Assembly (NCBI GenBank): GCA_907165135.1
Contig: OU015566.1
Span: 3,410,001-3,474,000 of the forward strand
Length of the DNA stretch: 64,000 nt
Reading direction: 5' to 3'
DNA from: Oikopleura dioica
Lineage: Eukaryota; Animalia; Chordata
Shown here: one piece after another, positions 36,222-49,335 of the stretch
Layout of the letters: each line of letters opens with the position of its first letter
Position numbering within the stretch: the first letter of the stretch is position 1
Translations under genes and position numbers: made by a program
The notes under the pieces: generated by a model
What the model was told of the DNA's origin: nothing
The model's database searches: none
The model's input: only the letters and a program-made list of their open reading frames with translations

Positions 36222-36503
36222 ATGCCCGCTCGCGTCTTTCAACTTACATTTTTCCCATTTGGTAAGTTTTTTTTTGCGATTTTTGGTGAAAAAATTGATG
36301 ATGCGGCAGTTTCCAGAAAATCAGAGAAAAATTTGATAAATTTTTACAAGAGAAAAAAATTAAATAAAAAAATTAGAAATAAAATATTTTTAATAATAAA
36401 TTGACAAAATCATCAATTTGACGTGATTTTTTAATTAATTTCGCATTTTCTAACTTATTTTTCAGATTGACTTGAATCTCACAAAGGAGATTTCCTGTCA
36501 ACA

Positions 36504-39500
36504 ATGGTCAAACCTGTGTCTTTTCTTCTGGCTTCGGCCTCGGCAATGAACGCGAATCAGTGGTGGACCGGCGGTGCCATCAATCCCCAGCCAGCTGCGC
36601 CAAAGGCTCAGCCTAGTGCCAAGCCACTCTGGCTTCCATGGGGCGCCTGGTCTAGCTGCCGCGGTGTCTGTGGCTCTGGAGTGAGCAACCGACTCCGAAG
36701 ATGTCTCAACGGCGTCGCTGGCGTTGACTGCGAAGGCGACTCCCTCGACTCGCGCGCCTGTAACAACCCAGTCGACGACACCTGCTCCTACTGGTCCGGA
36801 TGGGGACAGTGGGAGAGCTGGGCCTGCGTTGAAAACCAGCCCAACAAGCTCCGACGCGTCAAGACTAGAACTTGCTTTGGAAGAAGCACAGACCAATGTG
36901 TGGGATCTACGACTATTGAAGAATTTGATGTAAGTTATCAAAAGAAAAATGAAATTTGTTATATAATAATATATGATAATATACTAAAAATAACCAAAAT
37001 CAAATAAGGGTATCACTCTATTAAATCAAAATTTTAGATTTTTCAGTGGGACCCCTAATTTTTTATTTATTTCATTTTATTGAATATTTTTTAGACCGCG
37101 CCAATTCGAACCTACTGCGTGGAAACCAATCAAGCCTCTTGCTGCCCATACAACAACCCACAATGCAACGAGAAAGTCTGCTACATGGAGGGTCAGTGCC
37201 AAGCCAAGGTGATGACTGACCGAACTCCAATCACTCTCCCCTGCTGCGAAGAATACTCCACCTGGACCTCGTGGTCTTCTCCAGTCTACAAACTCGCTGG
37301 AGACGAGTGCAAGGACCAGTCCGTCTACAGAACCCGATACAACGTCTGCAACAAGGCCCAGACCGAAACCCAGGAGCAGACCATCAAAGGACAAGATGGC
37401 CAATACAGTGCCTGGCAAGAGGTCCAATCCTGCGACGGAAAGCAGCTCACCTACGGACCAAACCAAAGCAAGGTCTGGCAGTGCGCTGGAAAGCAGGTCT
37501 CTCGACGAACTCACTCTTGCTACACGGAGGGAGTCCACACCGTCGACAAATACGGCAACGCTCTTGATTTCACTCGAGTTGATGCTTGCGGTCAAAATGC
37601 TCAGCCACAGTTAAGCGACTGGGACATCGATGATGCTTCCTGCGCTGCTGTCTGCCGAGGCTCCGGAGTTTTCCGATACAAGACTCTCATCGACTACTGC
37701 GCTGGTACTCAGACTCCATGCCAGCAGGGCGATGCCACTTGCATGCAAGAATGCGGTACCAACGGCGACTGGCACCTCTGGTCAGCTTGGTCCGGATGCT
37801 CTCGAAACTGCGGCGAGAAAGAAACCCGATACCGAAAGCACAGCTGCGCCCAGTGGAATGGACAAGCCGATCAGGTTGAAGAGCGAGCTTGCGGATTTGA
37901 CGAAGGATGGGCTGCTTGGGGACAGTGGGATGCTACCTGTGCTACTTCCTACCCAGACGCCTGTGCTGACACTTTCACCAAGCGAGTTCGAACTTCTCGA
38001 TGTGGAGTTATGGACGCCGCTGGAAACTTCGTCTACGAAGATTCCCAGAGCTCTATCTGCCAGAAACCAGTCATGCCCGCCCCAACTGAGATCGTCGGTC
38101 AGTGCTCTGCTCAATGCCACGACACTCGAAACGGGATCTACTCCTTCCGAAACATCCAATACGTCAATGCTTGTGGACAACTCGTCGATCAGAAGACTGA
38201 GCAGTGCAATGTCCCAGCTTGCTGCGAGCTCGGATGGTCCGACTGGTCCGATTGCACTTGCGCTGGATTGAGAACTCGATCCGAAGTCTGGATCTGCCCC
38301 AACAAGCAGCCCGAGCCCACCGGAAAGGTCGAGTCCGATAGCTGCCAGGTCCCAACTCTCCCACTCCAGCCATGGAGCAACTGGAGCAGCTGTGAAGCTG
38401 ATGTCTGCACCAAGCAATCTTCTCGATTCCGATGCCCAGTCTGCGCTGATAATGCCAACGATCCTACTTGCACTATCGGCATTTCCGGTGCCCGCCAACA
38501 GCCCGAATACGAATACGCTGAGTGCCCAGCCAAGACCGCTTACACTTGTGATCCATGCTACACCGTCTGCGGAAACGGTCAACAAAAATGCTACCAGAAG
38601 GATCTCTGCACCAACATGCTCGTCCCTGGAACCGAGACCATGGTCGCCTGCCAATCCACTTACAGCTGTGTCCCCGAGGAGACTACTACCGGATGCATCC
38701 ACAACTACAATAATCCCAAATGCCCAGGAACCGAATTTTTCAAGCGAAGCGCCTGCGTCGACAAGAACTATGAATGCTCTGCCGAGCAGTCTTGGCAATT
38801 GCCATGCGGTCCAACTGAGCTTCCAGAAGCTGTCTTCGGCCAGTGGTCTGCCTGTGACCCCGCAACTTGCACTCAGCGACGATCTGTCACTTACGAATGT
38901 AACCCAGCTGACAACTACGAAGAAGAACAGGCTTGCAAGCCGTATGCTCAGCGAAACTGGAGCGCCCCAGGCGAGTGCCTCGCTTCTGACGCAACTTCTC
39001 CACGATTCTACTACAATGGCGAGACTCTTCCATGCTCAGGTGCCCGAAAGCAAGTCCTTCCACCAATGTGCCCAGGCGAAGTCGAAGAGGTCCGATTCAT
39101 CCCATGTGGTCTTGAAATCGAGCTTGATCAATACAACAATCTTGACAGCGAAACTTGCCTTGACAACGTCCCTCAGTACGTCGACTGCATGAGAGACGAT
39201 ATGGGCGAGTGCATCTTCCCCGCTACTCGATCTCAGGAAGAAGCTTGCCAGACCGGAATCTTCGAAGATGTCGTTTCCATCATCCGACAGCCAGTTTGTC
39301 CAAAATGGTCTGCCATCCAGTGCTCCAAGACCGTCGTTCTTCCAAAGAACTGCATCGAGTGCGAAAGAAACTGGAGCCCATTCGGAGCTTGCTCTGACGA
39401 GTGCAAGCTTGGCTACCAATACCGAGAGGAAATCGAGACCTGTAAGAATGAGTTCTTGCCCGATCAAGCTGGACAGACCCGACTTACTGGAAACCGACAG

Positions 39501-42103
39501 TGGCAACAGTGTGGACCATCTAACCCAACTTCCTACACCGAAGAAGGAGAATGTCTTTCTTCTGGCTACTGCAGCAAGTGTTCCAACACTGGTGCTGGCT
39601 TGAAGACCGTCACTACCTGGGACGAGTACCCAACCCTCCCACAATGCGGTCGATTCAACATCCGAACTGAGCAAGTCGCCTGCCAGCTTCCACAATGCCC
39701 ACAATGGCGAGAAGAGCAGTTCCCAACTTGCGCCGTTTGTGACGTTTCCGTCTCTCGAAACCGACAGTGCATCAAGCCACTTGGCGCTGAAATGTGCGAC
39801 TGCCTCGATACTCCTTTCGAATCCGAGCGATTCTGCCCAGTTGTTGCTTCCTGGAGCGAGTGGAGCGCATTCGGTCCATGCTCCCGATCTTGCGAAGAAG
39901 GTGAGATGACCCGAACTCGAACCAACATCTGTGACAGCAGCCAGGTTGAGACCAACACTGTCAAGTGCACTCCTGAGCCAACTCCCTTCCTCCCCGCTGG
40001 ATTCACTCAATGCACAAGCAACCGATGCGTCGTCGGTAAACACATGCCAATTGAGAAGAACGCTTGCGGACAAATCCGATACGGAGCTGAACAAATCTGC
40101 TTCGAACCGACTGACCTTGCTATCACTCGAACTGCTACCGGCGGCTGCATGATGAGCCCCACTGAGCCCGCTCAAGCTTGCCAGACTGGTGTCCAAGTTT
40201 TCATCGTCCGAAACGAGTGCGCCGACCTCGCCAGCCAGTACCCACAATTCGCTGACAAATACGACTACGAGCAGTGCACTGTTGCTCCAATTGAGCCAAC
40301 TCCATGGAGCCAGTGGGCCCCATGCCAGAAATCTTGCTTGAACTCTGGCGAAGCCCAGGAGATCACCACTTCTCAGCGATACGACCAGTGCGGCAAATTG
40401 GAGATCCGAGAACAGCTTTGCACCGTTCCTTCTTGCGCTGCATGGTCTGGCTTCCAGGTCACCGCCAAATGCTCATGCAACAACCCAGGATCCGCCGTTG
40501 TCGAGCGATTCTGCATTGACGGAAACGGTAACCCAGCTGTTGGATGCGTCGGTGAGAGCCGATTCCAGATCCCCTGCGGTGTTGGCACCTCCAACATTCT
40601 CGTCAACCCTACTCAATACAACTTGCCACAGCCTTCCCCAGCTGAGATGGCTGCCATCCAGAACCTCGACCTTGGATCTTGGACTCAGAACCCAGGAACC
40701 TGGACTGGATTCAGCGGATGCGTCAAGACCTGTGACGTTTCCGGCCTCTGCGGCAGCGAGTACCGATCCCGAGAGCCATTCTGCACTGACAGTGACGGAA
40801 ACACCGTCAAATACGCTCGAATCGAAGACTCCCGCCCTTGTCCATGCCAAAAGGGAGAATGGCGAGTCACTGGCGACTCTTGCAGCTCGCTCAGCCCAAT
40901 GTCCTGCCCTGGCGTCCGAACCGTCACCAAGACTCACTCTTGCACCGGTGATGTTGTCCAAGAGCCAGCTGGTCAGTGTGGTACTCAAGGCCAATGGGGA
41001 GCCTGGTCTGCCTTCACCCAGTGCTCGACCGAGTGCAACATCAATAACCGAACTCCAGTCAAAACTCGACAGCGATCGTGGACTTGCGCCGGCGAGAAGG
41101 CCGATGAAGTCGAGACTGTTGCTTGCCCAACACCAACCTGTCCCTACTTCGGCGCCTGGTCCAGCTGGTCTGCTTGCACTGTCTCTTGCGGACTCGGTCA
41201 GAAGACCCGAACTCGATACTGCCACGGTGGTCCAGTCGGTTCCGGATTCTGCATCGGTGGTTCTGACAATCTCCTTGGAGACGAAACTGTCAGCTGCGAC
41301 ATGGTAAGATTGAGTTTTCCTTCCTCATATTAACTTTTAAATCAAGGGTGATTGCTGCGAATGGGACTGGTCCGGATGGACTGGCTGCTGTAACGCCGGA
41401 ATGACCAACAAGCGACTCCGATTCCGAGGAAACAACTGCGGACAAGATGTCGAAGAGATCCAGAAGGATTGCGAAGCTGACAAGATCAACCCAGGGTAAG
41501 AGACTTTTTCCAATTTTCAAAAGCCTTATGATTTATTTCAGACAAACCTACCCATCCTGCTCTGTCTTCCAGCAATCGAGTCTCCAGATGGTCAGAAACG
41601 GTGGCTCCCTCACTTGGTTCAAATACGACGACAGCCAAATCGTTGACTTCCTCAACCCCGACAAGAAGCGAAACGTCGTCTACCAAGACTACAAATACAA
41701 CGAAGATCCACTCACCCACAAGGTCATCAGCCAGGCTGAAGTGATCAACAAGGCTCCAGTCAACTATGCTCCAGTTAACGTTGCTCCAGTCAACATTGCT
41801 CCAGCTCCAGTTGCTCCCAACATGGTCTACACTCCAGTCAACCAGTCGGTCAAGGCTCAGCCAGCCTTCAACCCAGTGATGCCAGAGCCAGTCGCCCAGC
41901 CTAGCACGAACATCTTCTCCAACATGTTCCAGGCTCCAGTCGCCCAAGCTCCAGTCGCCCAAGAGCCAGTTGCCGCCCCAAAAGTCCAGGAGCCAGTTTC
42001 AAGCCCATTCAGCAACCCTTTCAGCTTCCTCCTCAGCGACAACACCGCCTTCAAGACCGGCAACAACAACGACATGACCCCAATGACTGGTCACAACAAC
42101 TAA
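36504..42103 (+). CDS. Giant secreted Cys/Trp-rich thrombospondin type-1 repeat protein (~1781 aa)
   Basis: Exons 36504-36929, 37095-41303, 41347-41495 and 41542-42103; all GT-AG and in frame (5346 nt). Many WxxW(S/G)xCSxxC...R.R.C repeats; P/V/A/Q-rich tail; AATAAA at 42312. Confidence 0.9.
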
Positions 42104-42418
42104 CTTCTGACTTCACTTAAAAAACAACTAGCAGCTTGCTTATTGCTTGATTGCCAATTTCATTTCATCCTGCCTATATATGTATTTTAACAAAGCTTAC
42201 CGCTCATCCAATTGACTCCCAAAGCATATGTAAAATGTGCGCTAACAATTTTTCCTCGGGTTAAATATTTCTTTTTTCAATTTCTGCTTGATTTATTTCT
42301 GCCTGAAGAACAATAAAAAACCCATTGAAACAACGAAAAACATGTTTATTACTAATAAACTACTAAAATGACTATTTTTAGAGGCCAAATAAGTTATTTA
42401 TTAAAACTTAGATAAGAT

Positions 42419-44024
42419 TCAATTTTTGATAAATGAACTTTGATAATATTTCTTCAGAAGATTTTTTGACGACATCATATTCAAAGCTCGGACAGCTAGG
42501 CAGCTTGCTGAGTGCTTTTGGTTCGATAATGAGCAGTTTTTCGGGTGCCACGGGTGGACGATGTCCACGACATTTCCTCGGAAGAACTCGATCTTTAGAT
42601 TTCGTCAGAGTGGTCGATCTTTACAATCTACCTTTGATTTCAATATTTCTTCAGCAAAGAGAACATCTTCTCCTCCCCATCCAGTCAGATTCAAATTGAA
42701 ACCAGGCGTTTGAAGATAAGTTTGCTTTGTCATCGCGACCATTCCATAAGCAGTCGATCTCCAGTAGCCTTGATTCTCCGCGATTATTTTTCTTTCTTCG
42801 AAGGATTGTTCATACTCACTGAAAATTGTTATTTGTCAATTTGGGCGGTAAAACCTGAAAATGATTGGGAAGAAAATTCGATTTTCAGCACTAAAGCTTC
42901 TGACAACTTGAATCGCATTTTCGTTGAGAATCAAGTCCACATCGCAGATGAAGAAAAGATCGGATAATTCAAGAGTGTCGATTCCTTTCGAAATACATTC
43001 TTTTAAAATGTTCCTTTTTTTGCTTTTTTTCTTAAATTTTCTGAGAAGACGAACATTTCCTGCGCGGCTGAAAGGCTCTAGTTTGCAAGGTACGATTTTG
43101 ATGATTCCAGAGTTAAGGAAGGGGTGATAGTTTTTCTCAAGAAAAAGTTGAGTTGATTCAAGGGAATCTTCGTGAATCGCAAGCGTCAGTTTCACAGTTT
43201 GATTCTGTCGCATTTTTTCAAAGTTCTTCAAAAATCTTCAAAAAAATAAGCTAATTGTTACGTTCTTTCCATTACCTCGAGAAAGTTGAGCTTCTTCCTT
43301 TGAGTGGTAGAATTAGATTGACAATATTTCTGTCATGTGAAAAGCGATTTTCTCCAATCTTCAGCGTTAGTTCCTCTTTTTCGCGAACAAAAGCAAATTT
43401 CTCCAATTTCTAGTTCTGAAGTCAACAACGATTTTCAACCAATACTATCGAACCTGGTACAAATATTCATTGCTTTCTCCTTTTCTTATCAAGCTGTTTC
43501 TTCCATAAAGCACTGTCACCGTTCTCGTTTCGTTCGAAAAATCTTCCATCAAATCATGAACCAACGGATTTGTCTTCATCACCAGCGGGCCTTCGAAATG
43601 ACATTGCTTTTCCCACTGAGTATGGACGTTCAAAACGGCGAAAAAGGTCTCTCCGTTTGCTTCTTTCAAATCATCAAAGCCAAATCTCGAATTGTCGACG
43701 ATTGAAATATGTTTCTGTAGCTTCTCTATTTCTCGACGAAAATCTTCGATAGAAAAGCTGACCGTGATTTCCGTCGTTTTTCTGACATTGGCAAGTCGGA
43801 AATTTTCACCGATCAGAAATCCCAAAAGCGCCCAGTAAGCAATTTGGAAGATTTTTCTCGCCGTCAGAACAATCAGGCTGATTCGATATTTCTCAAAAGA
43901 GCAGCTTCGCTTTTCTTTTATCCAGTCATCTCTTTTTAAATAAACTTTTTTCGAGTCTTTTTGATTTGACAAAAAATAATTGCTAATAAAAACGCTTTCC
44001 TTGATTATTGTTATTTTCTTCCAT
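42419..44024 (-). CDS. Type II glycosyltransferase with a chondroitin synthase/CSGALNACT-like GT7 C-terminal domain (paralog 1)
   Basis: LFFICDVDL (DxD), IFFPIIFRF, GYWRSTAYGM, GFNLNLTGWGGEDV and HPWHPKNC. N-terminal TM. The first intron is modelled as GA-AG (43999-43957). Confidence 0.8.
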
Positions 44025-44541
44025 GGGCGGCTCTTCTGAAAATTTTTAAATTGATAAAAATAAACTCGAAGGAGATTTTGTTAGTTTCCTAGCAAACACT
44101 CGTTTTCCCTTTACAATCATTCCTTTAGATTAGTTTTTTACCCAAGGTCGCTTCATAATGTCCCGAAAATTGTGATGGATTCATGATGTAGGAAGGCAAT
44201 GTTATAAATAACGTCTCCTTTTATTTTTGAGTTTTTTATTTACCTTTTCAAATTATCGTTTTTCTCGTGAAAAAATATTATTGTCAAAAAATTGTCGTGA
44301 TTCAGTAAAAACTCATTATAACGATGAGTTGTCTGACTTTTGCAAATAATTATTATTTATTTTTTGCACACCTGCGAAAATCAAAAACAAGGCGACGCAG
44401 AAAAAATTTCCTTTTTTGGAAATTTGAAATTTGTGAAAATAATTCTTTTGGAAATTCAGACGAAAAATTTTATTTAAAAAAATTATAATGATAATTTTAT
44501 TGCGGCAAGTTTACAGAGCATTTTTTGTTGTACAGACGTTA

Positions 44542-46675
44542 TTATTTGTAAATCTGATTGCCATTATCAAGAAGGATGATTTCCGCTTCTTTTGAGGGAA
44601 TCAACCAGCAATCATGATTTCTCTGGTGGCGCGTTTTGTAGCTCACAATCGTCGTCTGATCATTGAAAGTAAAAATTCCAAGCCGATCGGTCAATTTTTC
44701 CACTGAATAGCTTCCCGGCCGCATGAGCTCTCCGATGAGCCCAGTAAGCAGCCTCGGCTTGGACTCGCCGACTTCAAGAACGCGGAGATTCAGGTCTTTG
44801 TTTTTGAAACCAATGCTGATTTCAAACTTGATCTCGTCGACGACAACATTGAAAAAGTAGAACTTTGCGCCTTTTTTGACTTCTCCGATAGATATTTCTT
44901 CTCTCGGCTTTTTTGAGTCAAAAATTTATGAGCGGTTTTCAAATTTTTTGATCGAAAAATGAGCGGAAAATATTCGCTCGAAAACCGCTCAAATTATCAT
45001 CATGTCTAGAGCCCAGTTCCTTCATACCACACATTTCCCGTCTCTTCATCAAAATAAGGCTCTCCCTTTGTTTCCTTCATTCTCCAGTTTTCTTGACCAA
45101 CTTTTAACTCGTTCTCCCCGAAAACGAAAGTGAACGATTTGAAGAATTCGCGATTCTCGTCCAATTCCGCCGTCACTTTGAATCCAGAAAAGAGATCCTC
45201 GAGTAGAACGACGGAATCCATTCGCAGCTGAAGATCAAAACAAAGGTCAGCGGACTCACCTGAGATGTGGAAATGCGGATCTCCGTAAACAGCACTGAAC
45301 TGCTCGGAACTTGGCGTTTCCACTTGATGGTAAGTAAAATTCGTCTCGATGTAGTCCTTAGCAAAATTCCTGACACAAACTCCCTCGTCCATTCTGTACC
45401 CTGGCATGCATCCACAAATCGGCCCAGCACAAGTCTCCTCACAAAAACTAAACGAGCCACAGTCCAAATCCGAACATTTCGCTTCCGAGCAAATTTTCCG
45501 ACAGACGCCATTTTCCGACTCAAAGCCATCTTTACACGAACAGGTCGCCAAATCGCATCCATTTTCGTCGGAAATTATCGAGCATTTTTCGTTTTCGCTG
45601 CAATAGCAAGTTGCAGCGCTTTTGCTGCAGATTTTCTTGCAGATTTTTCCTTCTAGTTTGTGACCAGCAGGGCAATCCTGAAAATAAAATTTCGATGAAA
45701 AGGAAAGGATAAATTTCTTTTTAATTTTTTAATTGAAATTAAAAATTTTAAATGAAATTTATTTTTTTTTATTTTAGTTTTAAATTTCATATTTTTGATT
45801 CAAAATTAAAATTTTTTGATCTTGAAGTATTAAATTTTTAATTTTTTTTTTCAATTTTACCTTTTGGCATTGACTTCCTTCCCCTTTTCGCGAAAACCCT
45901 TTTCTGCATCTGCATTTCTTCAGGGTGCATTTTCTAAAATCCACCGCCCGGATGCAAATTTCATTCATTCCACAATCGCATCTCGTCTTTTCACATTTGT
46001 AAACGCATTCTCCATTCACTTCTTCTTTCCCCGCCGGGCACTGAAGCTCGCAGCTAGAGCTTTCAAAGTTCCATTTTCCCTTTTCGCAAAGACATTCGAA
46101 TCCAGAACAGCGATTCTGACAGCGAGATTCAGCTGGGCAAGGATTGGCGAGGCACTGGTCCGCGTCGCATTTTTCTGCTGAGATGCAGGTTGAACCGCTT
46201 TTGAAAAATCCTTTCTAGAGGCGGAAAATGAGAAAAACTAGGGCAGGGCGGTTTTTGTTTACCTTGCATTGGCAAACGTACTTGGCACATTTATTGATGC
46301 ACTCTGAGTTCGCCGGACACGCCCACTTATTTTGGCATTGATCTTCATCGCAGTGCAGACCCTTAAGATTGGATTATTGAAAAAGTATTTAAGAGGGTCG
46401 AAATTATAAAGAATGAATTCGCAACAGAATTTATTTTTGTGAAAAAATTAAAAAAAAAATTAAAAATTTATCTTTGAAAATTGAAAAGTGGAGTTAAGAG
46501 TGTCTACACCCTTAATTGTACTCACATGTGTTCTCTGTAAGTCTTCAAACGAAACTGCTTGTTCATCGAAATCCAAAATCGTCACATTCGCGAATCTCAA
46601 ATTTTCTTCCAAAATTGCTGGGTTCGCAAAAATAGAAGTAAAAAATGAAAAAAGAAGTAAAATAAATCTGATCAT
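44542..46675 (-). CDS. Secreted protein with EGF-like repeats and an ITIH C-terminal/VWD-like domain
   Basis: Signal MIRFILLLFSFFTSIFA; several C-x-C EGF-like repeats; AVYGDPHFHI..ADLCFDL and LLTGLIGEL motifs. The splice around 44900-45030 is unresolved. Confidence 0.7.
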
Positions 46676-46858
46676 AATTGAATCTCAATCTGAACGGCCA
46701 TCAACTGAATTGCCTTTTTTCAAAAATGGATAGTCAGACGGATTCATTAAATTCACGTTGCGTGGAGGAAAACCGCCGAATTTGCATCCGGCGATTCTCA
46801 GTGACAGGTTTTGGAGACGCTTTTTAGAACTCAAGACTGTATCCCTGAACTCCAGCGC

Positions 46859-46960
46859 CCGTGGAGAAAAGCTGAGTCAGGGTCATGAAAAAGCCTTTCT
46901 GCCGGAAAAAAGCTTTTTCAGGACCCTGACTCAGGTTTTTTCGGCAGGTTTCGACCCCAG
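46859..46960. mobile_element. Miniature copy 3 of the CTGGG...CCCAG MITE family
   Basis: CTGAGTCAGGGTC...GACCCTGACTCAG core, ending CCCAG. Flanks TCCAGCGC and TCCAGGGC match at 7 of 8 positions. Confidence 0.65.
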
Positions 46961-47330
46961 TCCAGGGCAAAGATATGCGAGTTCGTTTCGAAGCCTCAGG
47001 CATTTTATTACATTTTAGTCTTATAATTTTATTTTAACGAATTTAAAAGAATCCTGAAAAGCATTAATCATCATCATTAGCGTAAAAGGTAATTTTCTAT
47101 TTCCTTTCCTTACTGCACTGTACCATTTTAGACAGTAGAAAAGAATGAGGCGTGAAATAAAATGTTTGTTCAAGAGAGCAATGTTTGGGACTTTTGTCTT
47201 TGAGCTCTATCTGAGCCTGCCTCACTTCATTAAATTTAATAATCGTGCCATCTTAAAACTTGAACAAGCAAAATCGAAAAAATCAGCAGATTTGAGAAAC
47301 ATCAACTTTGAACTCAGAGAAAATTACAGA

Positions 47331-49277
47331 ATGAGGAAGAAACTACCAGAGGAAGCGATTATAGTTTTGTCGCAATTGGGAGCGATGCTGTATGCTTTCA
47401 TCACTGTTTTTCCCGTTTTTGGACACGTAAGCCTCTTTTTTCTTGAGTTTTCTAAAATATGTTTTCGACTCAAAAAGGCTTAATTTTGACATAAAAATGA
47501 GCTTTCTTAAAAAAATTGACTAATAAGCCGCTAAAATTTAGCTTTTTTTCTGATTTTTTAAAAATTTCAGCTTGTTCCGGAAATCAACTGTATTAATAAC
47601 TCGTCTGATCCCTGTAAATGCGAAGAAAAAGACCTCAATTTCAATTTTTCTTCCGTTCAGCCTTCAGGAAATTTGTTCGGAAACGACCATAAATCAGACG
47701 ATAAACTTTTCTTTTCACAACGAAATGGCTTCTTGCCAGGATTTTTATTGCTTTTTCCCCGCTTTTGAACTTGAAAAAAGACTTTTTCATCGACGAGTGG
47801 AATTCTTTGGCGACAGAATTGAAGCTCGTCTGCGAGAAAGACAGCCACAATGCGGTCATGATCTCTTTAGGAAAGTTGTTACGTAACTTCTCACTTTTCT
47901 AGCGCTAGTTATATAATTATCAATTGACGCCCCCTGACAACTTTGGAAAGGAACTTTTGGAGAAATCACGTCTATCTTTCTTTCAGGCTATATTTCGGAC
48001 ACCTTCGGACGGCGAAAATCATTGTTGTTTTATAACTGCATCTTTTTTGCTTCCATCGCGCTGCAGTTTGTTGGCCAAGGATTGGTCTTTTTCTCAGCGG
48101 CGCGGTTTTTTATTCATTTCAGGAAAAAGGGGTCAATGTTTTTTTTCAATTTTTTATCGAAAATTTTTCCGGAAAGACCCGGACAAGTGGAATAGCATTG
48201 ATGCTACTAGCCGTTTTGTATGGATCTGAAATGGCGGAGAACCAAAATTTCGCATACATCATTTGGGCACTGTATTATTACTCCGGGACGGCGATGGCTT
48301 CTGTTGTTGCTTATTTTCTTCCAGATTGGAGAGCGCAAATGGCTGTCAACTTGACTTTATCCGCAATTTATTTCATCTTGTAAGATCAGTTCATAACTCA
48401 GATCTTTAAAAATTTAAGCTTGTTTCTGATTCCAGAATCGTCCGTTTTCAAAGCAAGCCGAGCAAGGGCCGAAGAAAAGCCAAAGTTTTACGATACCAGA
48501 CCAAATCGATTCTATTTCCTGAGCATTTGTATTCTTAGGTAAACTCTTTTTCGACAATCACCCCGTCATTTCTTTTAGTTTTTCAATGTTCGCCTGCAAC
48601 TTCATCTATTTCGGCCTCCTCTGGAACGGCGGCTCCCTCTCTCCGAACCCCTATCTCAACGTCTTCTACCTCGGCCTTCTTGGAACAATCGGAGCTCTTC
48701 TTCAAAAACCCCTGCTCAACATTTTCTCCTCGATAAAAATCGTGGCCTTCTCTTTCTACGCCTGTTCCGGGGTCATTTTCCTTGCACTCATTATTGGCGA
48801 TGACTGGTGGACATCGATTCTCTGCTTTTTCGGGTTCTTTTGGATTTGCCTGACGTATATTAATGCGTACGATGCTGCTGCTACTTTTCCGGTTAATAAT
48901 CGCTCGATTTCTTGCAGCATCTGGAACGGATTAAAGACAAAATTCGACCATTTTTAAATTCTAAAATGGTCAAAAAATGGTTCAAAAATGATGAAAAAAT
49001 CCGCAAAAAAAGCTCTCTTTTAGCCAGATCAGCAATTTTGACACCCCCTTTTATGAAATATTTATCCCCGAAAATGCAGCTTGGAACTCTCGTCATCATC
49101 AGCGCCGCTTCAGCTTCTATTTATCTGATTCTTCCGCGAATTCCCCCTGAAATGCCGTTTTTCACGATGGCAGAAGCGAACAAGGTTTATGAAGAAACAT
49201 ATTTTTCTGGCGCAAGATATGAGAAAGGAAAAGAGAAGAAGGAGGATCTCCAGCAAATTTTCCTTGAAACTGCCTGA
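47331..49277 (+). CDS. SLC22/MFS-type organic ion transporter
   Basis: SLATELKLVCEK, YISDTFGRRK (MFS motif A), YFLPDWR, LIPES and multiple TM segments. Confidence 0.78.
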
Positions 49278-49335
49278 TTATTTCATGTTTTTTTTTAATA
49301 AAGCAATCGATTATAAATACATAAATACAAAAAAT

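Noticed and set aside
36498-41520. Long antisense and alternate-frame ORFs over the TSP1 gene (e.g. 37782-38798, 39036-40247, 40473-41225)
   Set aside because: They are shadows of the strong codon bias of the sense CDS, with no motifs or splice support of their own.
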